From Podarcis melisellensis (taxonomy: Eukaryota), in assembly GCA_964234715.1 (NCBI GenBank), contig OZ174289.1: a DNA stretch of 64,000 nucleotides; one strand, given 5' to 3'. The notes under the pieces were generated by a model. It ran no database searches and was not told the DNA's origin. It saw nothing but the letters and a program-made list of their open reading frames with translations. Shown in pieces: positions 43,537 through 56,800 of this stretch. The translations under genes were made by a program, and so were the position numbers. Position 1 is the stretch's first letter, and every line of letters starts with the position of its first letter.

Positions 43537-46500
43537 AGGGAAGCTTACATGCCGGACCTGGGTGCAACAGCAATTCTTCCTGCTTGTGGTTCCCAGCAAC
43601 TGGTAACTCTGCCTGGGGAGGTAGAACATAAGCAGAGGCTGGATGCTGGATCAGGTTGATGGCCCCACCTAGTCCAGCCCCCTGTTCTCACAGTGGCCAC
43701 CAAGAAGAACCTGGGTCCAACAGCACTCTCCCTGCTTGTGATTCCCAGAATCTGGCATTCAGAGACATGCTGCCTTAGACATTGACACTTTTATTTTTTT
43801 TTATTTTTTAACCATTTGGATACCAAAGTTCAGATAGATATTTTTTTTATATGCTGGTTTGCACACATACCATGGAAGCTTTGCAAAATGGAGTGAGAAT
43901 TTTTCATTGTGATGACATTCAGTTTCGCCTGAGCACCGGCTGCTTTGGTAGAATCTTGCCCCAGCTGTTTTGCCTTTCATGTCATAAGGACGAGTGAAAA
44001 CACACACACACCTGGCCCAAATTGCTGTAGAGGAAAGTGTTGGTGAATGGGTGTTTGTGTGTGTGTCCAACCCCCCACCCATCAATAAGTTATAAATACG
44101 GTGAAGGGAAATAAGATCGCAATAAATCAGTGTATTGTCAAATGAAAATACTTAAGTTAAATAATGCTTGAGCCACCAGCAGCGAATCTCTCTCCCCCCT
44201 ACCCTGAGTTATACTTTGCTAATACAAATTACTGTAAATAAGATGGGGAGAGAGTGCGAGAGAGCGTGATTTAAGCACACAGGCTGCTTATGAGGAGGCA
44301 TGCAAAGGAAGAGACCTATCTCCTTTCATTTACGAATGACATAGAAAATCTATTTTCATTTCAAAGAATGTTTGGTACATGACCCACACTGTGAGCTTCC
44401 TCATGTTTGTTTGAAAGTAAATCTGTGTGCAGCAGGGATTGCTCCCATGCAAGGCTGTGATCCTTATCCAATCTACCAGGGAGTCAGTCCCATTGACTTC
44501 AATATGGCTCATTTCTGAGTAAGATCCAAGTGTGGGGAGCCTTTGGCTCTCTAGATGTTGCTGGACTAAAATTCCTATCAGCTCCAGCAAGCATGGCCAG
44601 TGGATGATGGGAGCTGGAGTTCAGCAATATCTGGAGGGCCAAGGGTTCCTCACATCTGGTCTACCATATCTGAACGAATTCCATGGGGCTTACTGCCGGT
44701 AGAGAAGAGGGAGAAATTTGAAGCAGTTCTGTGCTTGAAAGCCTCATAAACTTGAAAGCCTTGTTATTTCTTGCTAGCTAGAGTAAGATGGGTTCATAAA
44801 TAACCGTGGTGCTCTGGAAGTAAAGGATGTGGGGTGGGGGTGGGGTGGGGGTGGGGAGAACTGAACTCAATTCACATTTAAGGGTGAACCTACCTAATTC
44901 ACACTTTCTGAAACAATACATAAACTGAAAAGCAGCCATCCTTTGAAATTCACACTTCTCAGAATTTTGCAATGCAATTCTCTAGCCAAGTAGTGTGTAC
45001 AAAAATTCACATACAAGGGTACAGAATGCAGATAAACACACCTGTTAGGAAAAATAAACATACAAAATACATTTTGCTAGGGAGCACTGCTTTACAAAAG
45101 CTGTTTACTGTATATTGGAACTGCATTAAAAAAAGTGCGTTGCGGAAAATTCATGGTTTTTTTTTGCAAAAACTGAGCAGGAAATGTGAAAAACTGAATT
45201 TAAGATTAAAAAATTGAGTGGGGGCAGGAGAGATGGATTGGTATATTCACCACTACCCCTGTATGCCTGGAAAGATGGATTAGGATTGCAACCTCAGGCA
45301 TCAGTGAACCCGATCCAGAGATGTGCAAGTCCAAAAGGACAGATGGTCAGATCTAGATACCCAGAGGACGGATACCATCAGCTTTCTTTCAGTATGATAA
45401 ATATTTATTCTTGCAGTGTTGACAGAACAATATCCAAACGAAAGAATAGGTATGGAAATAAAATATCCACTTAAAATGAAGACTAGAGCCACAGCAGTTA
45501 GAGAATATGGAAGGTCCTAAGTTCTATTCTGAATGACATCACCTGGTAGGGCTAGGAAAGCCACTGCCAGTCAGTGTAGACAACACTGAGCAATTCAGTG
45601 AAAGAAAACTATCCCATCTTTGGTAAATTTATTTCATCCCACTGGACACACCTTATAAAAACCCAGAGAGGACTGGCTATAGGCCATGGTAAATAACTGA
45701 GCTTCTGTGGTTAGAGGCAGCAGCTATCCTCCAAAGACCAGCTGATGTTGCCTTTTATGTTGCCTTCTGAGGAGCTGCTTCCCAGAAGCTTAGGTTTGTA
45801 TGCAGTAGACCTTTGGTCCAAAGCAGCCAGATAGTTCTTATGGAGGAGCAGATAAATTGAATGGGGAGAGTTTGAGAAGATGCTGTATTTATCAGCAACT
45901 GCTAATCTTGATGTTCCAGTGGAGGGTGAAGAAGGTGCTGCCCCACTGACCTCATTCTGCCCTCAGCTGGCCCTCACCGGCCTGCCTCCTTGCTTACAAC
46001 CAATATGGGAGGCGACACAGCCCATCAGCTTCCTCCTCCTCCTCAGTCTCAATGTAAGAAGAGCCTGCTGGATCAGGCCAATGGGCCACTAGTCCAGAAT
46101 CCTCTTCTCACAACAGCCAACTAGAAGCCCTCATGGGAAGCCCATAAGCAGGACCTGAGCACAAGAGCCCTCTCCCCCCTGTAGATTCCAGCAACTGGTG
46201 TTCAGTAGTATTGCTGCCTCCAGCTGTTGAGGCACAGCAAGGATATCCTGGATGGTAGCCTTTTGAAAGCCCTCTCCTCCATCAATTTGTCCAATCTATT
46301 TTAAAACCATCCAAGATGGTGGCCACCACTGCCTTTTGTGGGAACAAGTTCCATTGTTTTAACTCTGTGCTACGTGAAGAAGTACATGTTGTGTGTTGCC
46401 CTCACAGAATTCCACAGGGAGAATGGAAGCAAAACCAGAATTGATTGAATCTGTTTGTCATTGGGGTCTGCCTCAATGTACTGTTCCTCTCCTTAACCTG

Positions 46501-48462
46501 TTCTGCAAGACCCAATTGAATTACGGTACCACCTTTTACATGGAAGCCTCAACGAGGATGGTCTCTGGACCAATGGCGGCCACCAATAGGGCAATTGCAT
46601 GTATGTGAACTTGTGGCCCTCCAGATGTTGAACAACTCCCATCAGCCCTGGCTGTTGGCTGTGCTTGCTTGGGCTGATGGGAGATGCAGCTTAGCAATTT
46701 CTGGAAGGCCAGAGGTTATTTCAGTCATAAAATAAGAGGTCCGCAGTTCTGGGGCCATCACTGAGAAAGTCAGCCTAACCAATCTTAACCGTAGGCAGCC
46801 AAGGAGGACCCCCCCCCAAAGTAGATCTTAGCATATGCACCAGGATTGATCTGGTGAAGGCAATCTACAAAATATAGAGGCTACAGCCTGCTTAAGGGAT
46901 TTTTGGCTCTGCTTTATCAGGGCTTGTGTTCATAAAAATACTGGAGAAAGCTCATTGCAGGCACTGATACTGGAAGAACCTCACAGCGAAAGAGATGGGG
47001 ATTTTAAACATAGAGCTAAATATAGTTGTAATTTCCAGAACATCAGGAGAAAGTGTAGAGAGGGCTGTAAGAAATGTGGGGGGTGCTGATGGTAGCTCAG
47101 AATGATTCTGGTAAGGATGAGCCACGTCACCAGCAGTTAGGTGCAGGAGTAAACATTAATGGAAATATATGGTTCTGTAAAAGCGAAACCATCCACAGTT
47201 GGTTCTGGATGCCAAGTTCTCTCTCTCTCCCCCCCCCCGACTTTCCTGCAGCTCTTAGTGCTGGGTGGGGGTGGCAGAGATAAAGAGATGAAAAATCGAT
47301 TGCTCGATTTGGTAACATTTCAAGCACTTAAAATACTTATTCCCTGACACCAGACTGCTTATGAAAAACTCGGCTCCATGAGGCGCCATTCTTAATGGCC
47401 GGCCCAGTTCCGAGGGCCTAGCGAAAGTAGGTTGCCCCACCCACTCGATATTTAAAGGGAGGGGGGAGTGGGAGGACTAGGGCTGCATGAAAGCCAGTTT
47501 CCATAATTCATATTATGGACATTTCCACTAGGGAGCTGCTATCTCATGTGTACTTACAGATACATTTAAGAAAATGCATCCTCCCCAGCTTCTCTCCCTT
47601 GGACCATTTATGAGTCTCGGGTTGGACGAGCCGCAATGCTCCTGTCTTCAATTAAAGGACACCTTTGGGTTCATTATCACACAATTGCTCCCTGAGAAAC
47701 CTACCAAATGCTCTTTTGGCAGCGAGCTTGGAAGATGAATTAGGAGGAAGTCTTCTCCGTAATGTCCTCCTCCTCCCCCCTTATTCCCCATCATCAGCAT
47801 TTATACCTCCTCTTCCCTGTTGCATACCAACCGTCCGTCCATCCGCCGCCCCCCCCCCGGCTTTTCTTCTCTTCTGCCCAAGTGGCTATTACCATTCCCA
47901 TCTTTCAATATGTGCCTCTCGATTCTCTGGAGGTGTATTGAAGAGATGCCATACCCAACCCCTCCTTTCTTCCGGCTTTCAACCGGGGCCCCGAGTTGCC
48001 ACTTTTGCAGATGGGGTCGTGTGTGTGTGTGTTTTTAAAAAGAGTGAGTGAACAGATGCCAGGCTGGTTGGGGAGGTAAATGGGTGGGGCGGAGGGGGGG
48101 AGAGAGAGAAGACGATGAAGCTTGATAGTGGGTTTCATTCTTTTCTTTCATAAAGTCAGGGTATGACCTAATCTGGGTTCGGAAACCAGTTGAAAAGTTT
48201 CTCTAATCCCCAAAAAGAAAAAGGGACACATTCAATCTAGATTGACAGAAGGGGGGGAATTATTATTTTTTTTGGGGGGGAGGATAAATAAGGGGACAGA
48301 CATGCACACAATCACACATGCACACACACCAACATATATAATTTTATTTGTATGCCTCCTTTCCATAGGTCAAAGCATGCTCAAGGTGGCTTACGACATG
48401 AACAGAACACATTACATGATAAGAAAAGCAGCCATAAACAATAAATAAAACATCAAAAACAC

Positions 48463-48592
48463 NNNNNNNNNNNNNNNNNNNNNNNNNNNNNNNNNNNNNN
48501 NNNNNNNNNNNNNNNNNNNNNNNNNNNNNNNNNNNNNNNNNNNNNNNNNNNNNNNNNNNNNNNNNNNNNNNNNNNNNNNNNNNNNNNNNNNN
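48463..48592. other. Assembly gap (130 N)
   Basis: Run of n. Confidence 1.
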
Positions 48593-49219
48593 GTAATGAT
48601 ACAATTATCTTCAGGAAAGGAGTTTTATGCCAAGAACTCGGGGGGAATACAGCAGCATTTTGCAACGTAATCTGAGCCACAACCAACGCATGGAGGAAGA
48701 CTTGTTGGGTTCAATAGGGTTTACTTGCAGGTAAGTGGGGCCAGAATTGCAGACCTGAAATTAGGAGGGTTCTGGCTGGGAAAGGAGGGGGAGAAATGAG
48801 AGTGGTAGGCAGAAAAAAATGCCATCTTGTTCCCCAAGTTTGAGTTGCAAAGAAGCAGGAAATCATCTGAGGTTTTTTCCGCTTATAACATGCCTCTTTT
48901 TAGCGAGATGATTCCTTGCTCTGGGGCTGTTCCATAACCATCTTACTTTGGGGAGGGAAAGGAGAGTCCACCTTTGCAGCTCTGCGGTTGCAAGAGAACC
49001 TAGGTGTGAAATTTCAGCACAGTTCACAAGGAATGAAAGGTTTGATTGGGAGCTAACAGCACTATAATATAGCCTTTAAAAAAGCTAGTCACACACAGAA
49101 ACCCACAAAAAAAGATAAAATAGAGAGGATGGGGAGGCGTACTTTTGCTGCTTCTACATGACATATTTTTTTCCAGGTAATGGAGCAGTGATAAAAAACA
49201 GACTTTTAATACTTAACCC

Positions 49220-50847
49220 ACAAGTTTCCTTGTGGATTTGCTTTATTATAGAGAGAGTGTAAAATGCAACTGTCAGTCAAATAAAAAGAACAATTTTTCA
49301 TTTGTTTAAAACACATCATGCTCAATATTATCCAATTGCATTTACCTATAGTTAGACATTTCAAGCATTATAAAGAAATCAGGGAGGGGGAAGGATCCTA
49401 GAACAATAACTTCAGTACAGTTCAAAACGGAATGTCCCGCAGGTCAATTAAAAATGTCAAGAAAAAATAGCTTTACTTCCCGTTATTATTATTTTTTTCT
49501 CCTTTAAAAATACACTGTTATCTGTACAAGAAAACACTACAAGTAAACATTGGAAACCATAATATCCCTTTTATTAAATCAAAAAAGTATTCAGCGGCAT
49601 ACCTGGGGTTAATACTAGATTTATTTTTTTTATTATTTCTCTAGGTAAAATTTCGACAAATATTAAGATAAGAAAATACTTATAAACGAAAAAAAAAATT
49701 GAGGGGTGGGGGAAAGCAAACACACACACACACACCCTGGAATTAAAAAATAGTTACTACTATTTTATATGACTTAATGTTCCACAGTGTTTGTTAAAAG
49801 TACTAATAATAGCAGTTTTATCTTAATATTAAAAATAAGAGTATTTATTTCTGAAATAGACAAAAAGTATTTTGTTTTTGTGTGTTTTTTGTTTTAGACA
49901 AAGCTTGGAGGTCTTAGATACGCAGATGCAACCAGAAAATGGAGAACATGGAAAGCAGAATAAAATTGCTAAAAAAAAATTAAACACATCTTCTTATATT
50001 ACCCCTTTAGATCTCTAAAAATTATACAGCCCCCCCTACAAAAATTCCCCCTTGATAACCAGCCTGACAGCAAACAGTAACTGTCTTGATAAAAGAATTC
50101 ACACAATTAATTACAATAACATACCATAGTTCAGTTTCTTTTCTTTCTTTTCTTAAAAATGCAATAAAATAAAAAAGAGCCAAGATACAAGAAATTAGAA
50201 GTCATATATTTAATGAATTTACATATTTAAGAATATTTAAATACTGTTTTTCAAAAATTTCTTTCTTTTTTTTAATTTGTTACATATCACCTAAGACTTC
50301 CAAGCCTTTTTTTGTTACAACAGAAAAGATTTAAACAAGGTGGAAGAAAGGGCGGTGGAATACACACAATAAGAGGTGGGGGGACGGGGACTAAAAACAC
50401 TTGTTGAAATGTCACAGCTCTGGGGTAAGATTCAATGATGGTTATTCTCTGGCTTCTCCCCCCAACCCCCCAAAAAGGACCCTGGAGTTTCACTTATTTT
50501 CTTACTCTCTCTCTTCTTTTCCTTATAAATTTGGAAAACAAACAAAAAAGCCTCCCCAAAATAATTAACATTTTCCCCAAAACAGATTACCCAGCAAAGT
50601 CCATAAAGTTAAGTACATTACTAATTGTTCCTGATTCTTAGAAAAAAGTTCAGTGTAGATTATCCTAACAACTAGTGTTTCACCAAAAAAACCAAAGCAA
50701 GATTTCTTCATCAAAATGGTGCAAATCTAGAAACCCTCTGTTACAAAAAGGTTTGTTTCCACAATGATTCTGAGAGAGCAAGAGAGAGAAAAGGGGGGGG
50801 GGCAGGGAGGAGAAAATAACAAACAAAGAAGAGTCAAGGATGTTGTT
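49220..50847 (-). other. FUBP3: FUBP3 3' UTR, U/AU-rich, with candidate AATAAA signals at 49844-49849, 49570-49575 and 49242-49247
   Basis: TE-free, very AT-rich block after the stop codon; TTTATT on the plus strand at the listed positions. The 3' end is approximate. Confidence 0.7.
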
Positions 50848-50856
50848 CTACTGCTC
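50848..50856 (-). CDS. FUBP3: FUBP3 terminal coding segment (EQ*)
   Basis: Long pyrimidine tract, then ctttgcag|GAG CAG TAG; matches the EQ C-terminus of FUBP3. Confidence 0.88.
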   Translation of the reverse strand, partial: EQ

Positions 50857-53800
50857 CTGCAAAGGGGGAGAAGGGGGGAGGGAAGAGAGAGACAAAATGA
50901 AAAACCACTGTTAAGAAAGAACACTTTAAAGAACATTTTAGAACACAAGAACCACCTTGCTGGATCAGACCGGGAGGGCACACCTAGATTAGAGGTGGCT
51001 AACTGGTGTGGATTTCCAGATGTTGCTGGGCTGCAATTCCCACCTGCTCCAGTGAGCACGGTCGGTGCTCAGGTGTGATGGAACAGTCTTGCAACAGTTA
51101 GAAGGCCACAGGGTCGCCCTTCCCTGATCTGAGAAACAGCTTCCCTGCTGCATGCAAGAGGTGGAAGGATGCCTCTGTCTGGAAGAGTCATTATTTTGGG
51201 GGAATGGCAGAAGCTCCCAGCCCTACGTGGAGATGCCAGTGGGCATCGAACCTGGGAACTCTGATTTATAGAAGACACCTGAGGGCAGCTCTGTAACGGG
51301 GAGTTTTAAATGTTTGATGCTTTAGTATGTTTCAACATATGCTGTGAGCCGCACAGAGTGGGTGGTTTATAAATTAAATTAAAATAAATAAAATAAAAAT
51401 TCAAAGTAGATGCTCTATTACTGAGTTACAGCCCCTTGGAGTGGGGGCTATAAGGCAGGGGAGTGGGCAAGAGCACCCCCTCTTCTCCAGTTAGCAGACA
51501 TCTACCACTGGCCTCTGCACAGAAATGTAGGGGGTGGCAATTCTCAAGTATTCCATGCTACCTCACACCACCTTAAAAAGCTCAAGTGTACGAGCAAAGT
51601 GTGACTTCAATTTCAATTCAGAAAAGAGGAGTGCAAACAAACCTCAGCTCTCAGAAAATTTGGGGAAACAGAAAACCAGCTGCTTGCCAGCAGGGAGCCC
51701 ATTACTTGGAAACACAAGCTACACTATTAACAGTTCTGGCATTTGCTTTCACCAGGTCCAGAAGAGGCTAAGCCAAGTTTGGAAAACTTCACGTAAGAAG
51801 AGCCAGCTGAATGAGGCTAATGGTCCTTCTAGTCTAGCCTCTCGTTCTCTCAGTGGTCACATGGATGCCTGTGGGAAACAGGATTTGAGCACAAGCCCTC
51901 TCACCTCCTGCAGCTTCCAGAAACTGGTATTCGGAAGTGCCACTGCTTCTGTGGAGGCAGAGCGTAACCATCATGGCAAATAGCCATCGATAGCCCCTCT
52001 CCTCCACGAATTTGCCCAATCCTCTTTTAAAGCCATCCAGGTTGGTGGCCATCACTGCCCCCTGTGGGAGTGAGTTCCACAGTTTCACTATGCCCTGTGT
52101 GAAGAAGTCCTTTCCTTTCATCTGTCCTGAACCTTCCAATGTTCAGCTTCACTGGCTGTCCATGAGTTCCAGCGTTATGAGAGAGGGGGGGGGGAACCTA
52201 AGTTTCAAGTTTAAATGAAGTTAAACTTTGGTAAACTAGGTTTGGATAGCAGTCACCCCTTCCAGAAAACCAGGCAGGAAATGTTTCAAAAACTGGGAGG
52301 TGATTCTTTGGGAGCAAGCAGTTGCTGATATGTCACAAGCGATCTTGTAAGATACACAGCACTGGTTGTTTCTGTGAAATTATTTCATGACTAAACAATG
52401 CAAGGAAACAGCTATCAGGAAGAAGGGTGTAGATACAGCCGAGAGAAGCGAGACCCACCTGGTTGTGGGCCTGGCCTTGCCCTAATGTCTGCCCATAATA
52501 AGCAGCCTGCTGTCTGTAATACTCTGCCCAGGCCATCGTGTAGTCAGGCTGGGAGCTGGCTTGAGACACAGCAGTGGCAGCGTGACCTGGAGGGATAGGA
52601 GGTGGAGAAAGAACAACAAAGAGTCAAGCGTCAGAGGAAGCAAGTAAGAAAATACTCAAATGCACCCACCAAACCCTGATCCCTCCCCTTTCCAAATACA
52701 GGACCCAAGCAGGCATCCTTTAATCATGATTAGTTCCCCCCCCCAACAACCCTCAGGGTTAAGATCCCAAACATGCACAGTAAGCATGTCCTCAGCCCAG
52801 AACCTTGGGTAGCTACTGACAGTGTCTGACTCAGAGAACAACCGCTTCTTATATTCCTACTTAAATCAGACTCACGAGGACTTGAATCTTTATTTTTAGG
52901 AGAAAGGCTACAACACTGTGGTAGATCATCTGTTTTGCAATACAGAAGGTTCTAGGTTTAATCCACAATGACTCAGGCCCCAAATACCTGGAAGATTACC
53001 TCCATACTATACAGAATTTTTCTTGGTTGCTAAGACTGGTTGCAAGAGAAATGCCGAGAGCAGAGAAACCCCTTAAACATTGCATTCATAGACCTGATGA
53101 AGGCCTTTGACCTAGTCAACCAAAGAGACTCTTCACATAGCTTAACAAGACAGGATGTCCGCCTAACCTCCACAAGATCACTGTGTCCTTCCACAAAAAA
53201 TGGGTGCAGCACCGTCCAGAACTCCAGCTCATCCTCCAGTGACTTCCCTATAAAGAGTGGTTTGAAGCAGGGCTGTGCTCTCAACCCCAACTCCCTTTGA
53301 CATATTCTTCTTCTTGTTACTCTCACATGACTTCAGTTCAACTGCAGACAGTGTGTACATCCACTCAAGGAGCAATGGGGGTTTGTTCACCCCGGGAAGT
53401 CTCTGCACCAAGACAAAAGTGTCTTGAGATGTTGTTTGCAGATGATGCAGCCTTGACAGCGCACTCTTGAGGAAACTACAGAAACCATCTACCATTTTGC
53501 CTGAGTCTGCAGGGAGTTTGGCCTCACCATCAGCCTAGTGAACACCAACATTTTGGGTCAGGATGTCAGAACTGGCAACCACACGCTTGAGGTGGTAGAT
53601 GGTTTTGTCTACCTGGGCTCCATCATAACCAGCAACCTCTCCACTGATGCTGAGCTAGACAAGTGTATTGGCAAGGCAGCTACAGCAATGGCTTGCCTCT
53701 CCAAAGGGATATGGGAGAATATGATGCTAACGTCCAATACCAAGATGAAGTTCCACCAAACTTACATATTGAGCTTTATGGTAGTGAGACATGGACAGCT

Positions 53801-56800
53801 TACACCTGCCAGAAGTGTAGCTTCAATGCCTTCCACATACACTACATCAGGAAGGCTTGGGGGATCACATGTCCAGCAGAGTCTCAAAAGAATATGTGCT
53901 CTTCTAGGCAGGCTCCCAAAGGATGTGCTGTACAAGGAGATGGCATTAGGCACTAGGTCTGTTGGCAGACCAACTGTGTTACAAAGATGTCTGCAAATGT
54001 GAACTGAAAAGCTGACAACATCAACTCTGCCATGTGGTAATCCCTTGCAGACAACCACAGTGCCTGGAGACAGTCAGGTCATGCATCAGTAGCAGTGACC
54101 AGAGGAGGATTGACTACTGGGAGGAGTGTAGAGAGAAGAAACGCCATGGTGCATCTGCAGCAGCACAACCAGACACATTCATCTGCCCCAGCTGCAACAA
54201 AACATTTTTCTTCCGTTTCGGTTTCTACAGCCACAGAAGGAGCTGCAACTCTCCAACAGTTTGACTTCACCCCCAAAGGAGCACTCCTTCATTGTCCTTC
54301 ATTGAAGTAGACCGGGTGCCAACAAGAATGTTGTAGATGTACTTCTTCATCCTGCGTTTTGACACTTGAGAGATATATTTTTGGAACCCAGCTTATTTCT
54401 GTAGTGGCAAGGTGCTTTAAAGTGCTTTTAATTCTGTGTTTTAATTCTTGTAACCCACCCTGGGACCTTGGGGTGAAGGGTGGGTAAATTAGTAATAACA
54501 GCCCACCTGTCCCTGTAACCCTGTGAGGAAGGCTAGGCTGAGAGGTAGCGACTGGCCCGTAGTCACCTAGTGAGCTTCATGGCCAAGTGGGTATTTGAAC
54601 CCTGGTCTCTCCTAGGTCCTAGTTCAACACTCTTAATTACTGCAACACCCGCCCCCAACCCAACTCATTTTCACTCACTCTGTTTCTTGTAATAGTCCTC
54701 CCACGCCTTGCTGTAGTCTGGTTGGCTGTTCTGCTGTTGGCTCTGTTGACCTGTACAAGACACCAAGGAGAGAGGAGAAAAGGAGAAGAATAATGGGTGG
54801 GAGGTGCAGAGAACAGTGCTTCTTACACTTGGGGGTGTTATTGGGTTGTTGTTTTTATTTTGATTATGTATTTTGTGGTTTTATATTTTGATTTTATTCT
54901 GTGAACCACCCTGAGACCTCCGACTATAGGGTGGTATATAAATTCCAATAAATAAATAAATAATAACACCACAACACACACAACACTAGCCCTGCATGAT
55001 AGGCAATTAGGCCCCCAAAGTAGCTCATGGTGGAGAGTGTACTTCTTCCAAGCATATAATACCAGGAGTTCTCTACCACAACCTGCCCTAGTTTGCTAGT
55101 AATGCTAAGCTATACCATAGCTAAGCATCCAGCTTAGATGGCTTTGAAGGGGGATTAGACAAATTCACAGAGCATAAAGCTAACTGCTTTAACCACTGAA
55201 TTATGAACCTTCCTCTAAAAAAGCAAACCAAGGTTTTAGTCTTCGTCAGTTCTGAATAAAGGGCTGAATTAAACAGGAGCACAGGAAGCTGGCTGTTAAT
55301 GTCTGGCCATTGGTTCATCTAGAGCAGCATTGTGTACAGACTGGCAGTGGCTCTCTGGAATTTCAGACAAGCATATTTCCTAGACTCACCTGGAGATTGA
55401 GCTTGGAACCTTTTGCATGCAAATGATGAGCTCAAATGCTGAGCTGCAACCTGACTACATGCCCAGAACAGGGTTTATGGAGAAGGCTTCCCTCTAAAGA
55501 GCTGGCATTCTAGATTTTTAATGGAAAGCGGGCAATAAAAACTAATAGCACCTTCTGACCACCTAACTACCCCCCCATCCTGTTGCAATGGGAAGTTTTT
55601 GTAGCAAGGGTGGTTGTGTGGTGGGGGAAGAGGACAGTGATGTGCAAGGAAGCAAAGTCCTAACTTGAAGAGTGTTGAGGGCAGTTAAAAAGGACTTGAC
55701 CAAAGCATTCTCTTCTAAGGAGAACGACAGAGTCTGCAGCAAGGTTGATGGGACACCGTGTGTTTTCACCCCACCTAATTTACTGAAGGTGGGGAAATTA
55801 AAATCTAGAGGACATTTGGGGGAGGGCTGTGGGGAGGGGAAGGTGCCCCCTCTGCTCAGAGGCAGAAGGGGAAAGAAGCAGGTACTTGTTGTTAGTTCTG
55901 ATGAGCAGAGCTCTGAGCACGATTCAGTCTCAATCTTAAAGACAATGGAATTATTAGGGTGGGGAGAGTGGGAAGCTGCTACAGATATGCCTAACACGCA
56001 AACCTGAGCTCATGGTTTGTCTTGCTCCAGACAAACCAAGTGCCTAGATCTGGACATAGGGTTAAGCTAAACCACAGCTTTGGTGTGAGTTGTGTGGCAA
56101 GCAGGATGACCGGAGGGAGAGGGGGAAGGAATGAAGTGGCTGTGATTTTTACAAGTTCCCATATGCACCTGCTTAGCAAAAGTTTAGCTAAAGTGCTAGT
56201 AGAAAACTGGGCTGCCGCATGACAGGGAACTCCAGATATTGTATGTTTGAAGTCATGCTTCCTTTACGAGTCCCAGGGTGGGCAACCTGTAGCCCTCCGT
56301 ATACTATTGGACCATGACTCCCATCAGCATAGCCAATGGTAAATGGGAGATGTAGCCCAGTGACATATGGAGAGTAAAAGGTCCCCCACAGCTGAGCCGA
56401 ATCAACTTAAACATGGGCGATCCTTGCACCCGTCCCCCTGCAATCTCTACAATTACAATACACTTACTTGGAACCTGCTGCCCAGGCTGCTGCCACGTCG
56501 GATAGGTGCCACCCCAACCCTGCGTCATGAACGCCTGAGGACCGCTGTGGAAGACAAGGCCATTAGCAACAGAGGAGTGAAAGGTAGTCCAGGCACATTG
56601 GTGAGTTGGGATTAAAGTTTGTTGAAAAGTGCTGAAACAGACCATGCTGTGTAAGAGATTAGTTGTGGATAAGTTCCACTACTGACACATTGGTATAAAA
56701 AGGCGCTGGTTCCAGTGGAGTATTTTCTTAGAACCTTTCCCATGCCCAGATGCTGCTGTACTACAACTCCCATTAGCCCCAGCAGTCATGGGCAATAGCC

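Noticed and set aside
19230-48400. Canonical DR5/DR2 retinoic acid response element or REST site for PRDM12
   Set aside because: Only half sites or atypical spacings were seen. A PWM scan would be needed.
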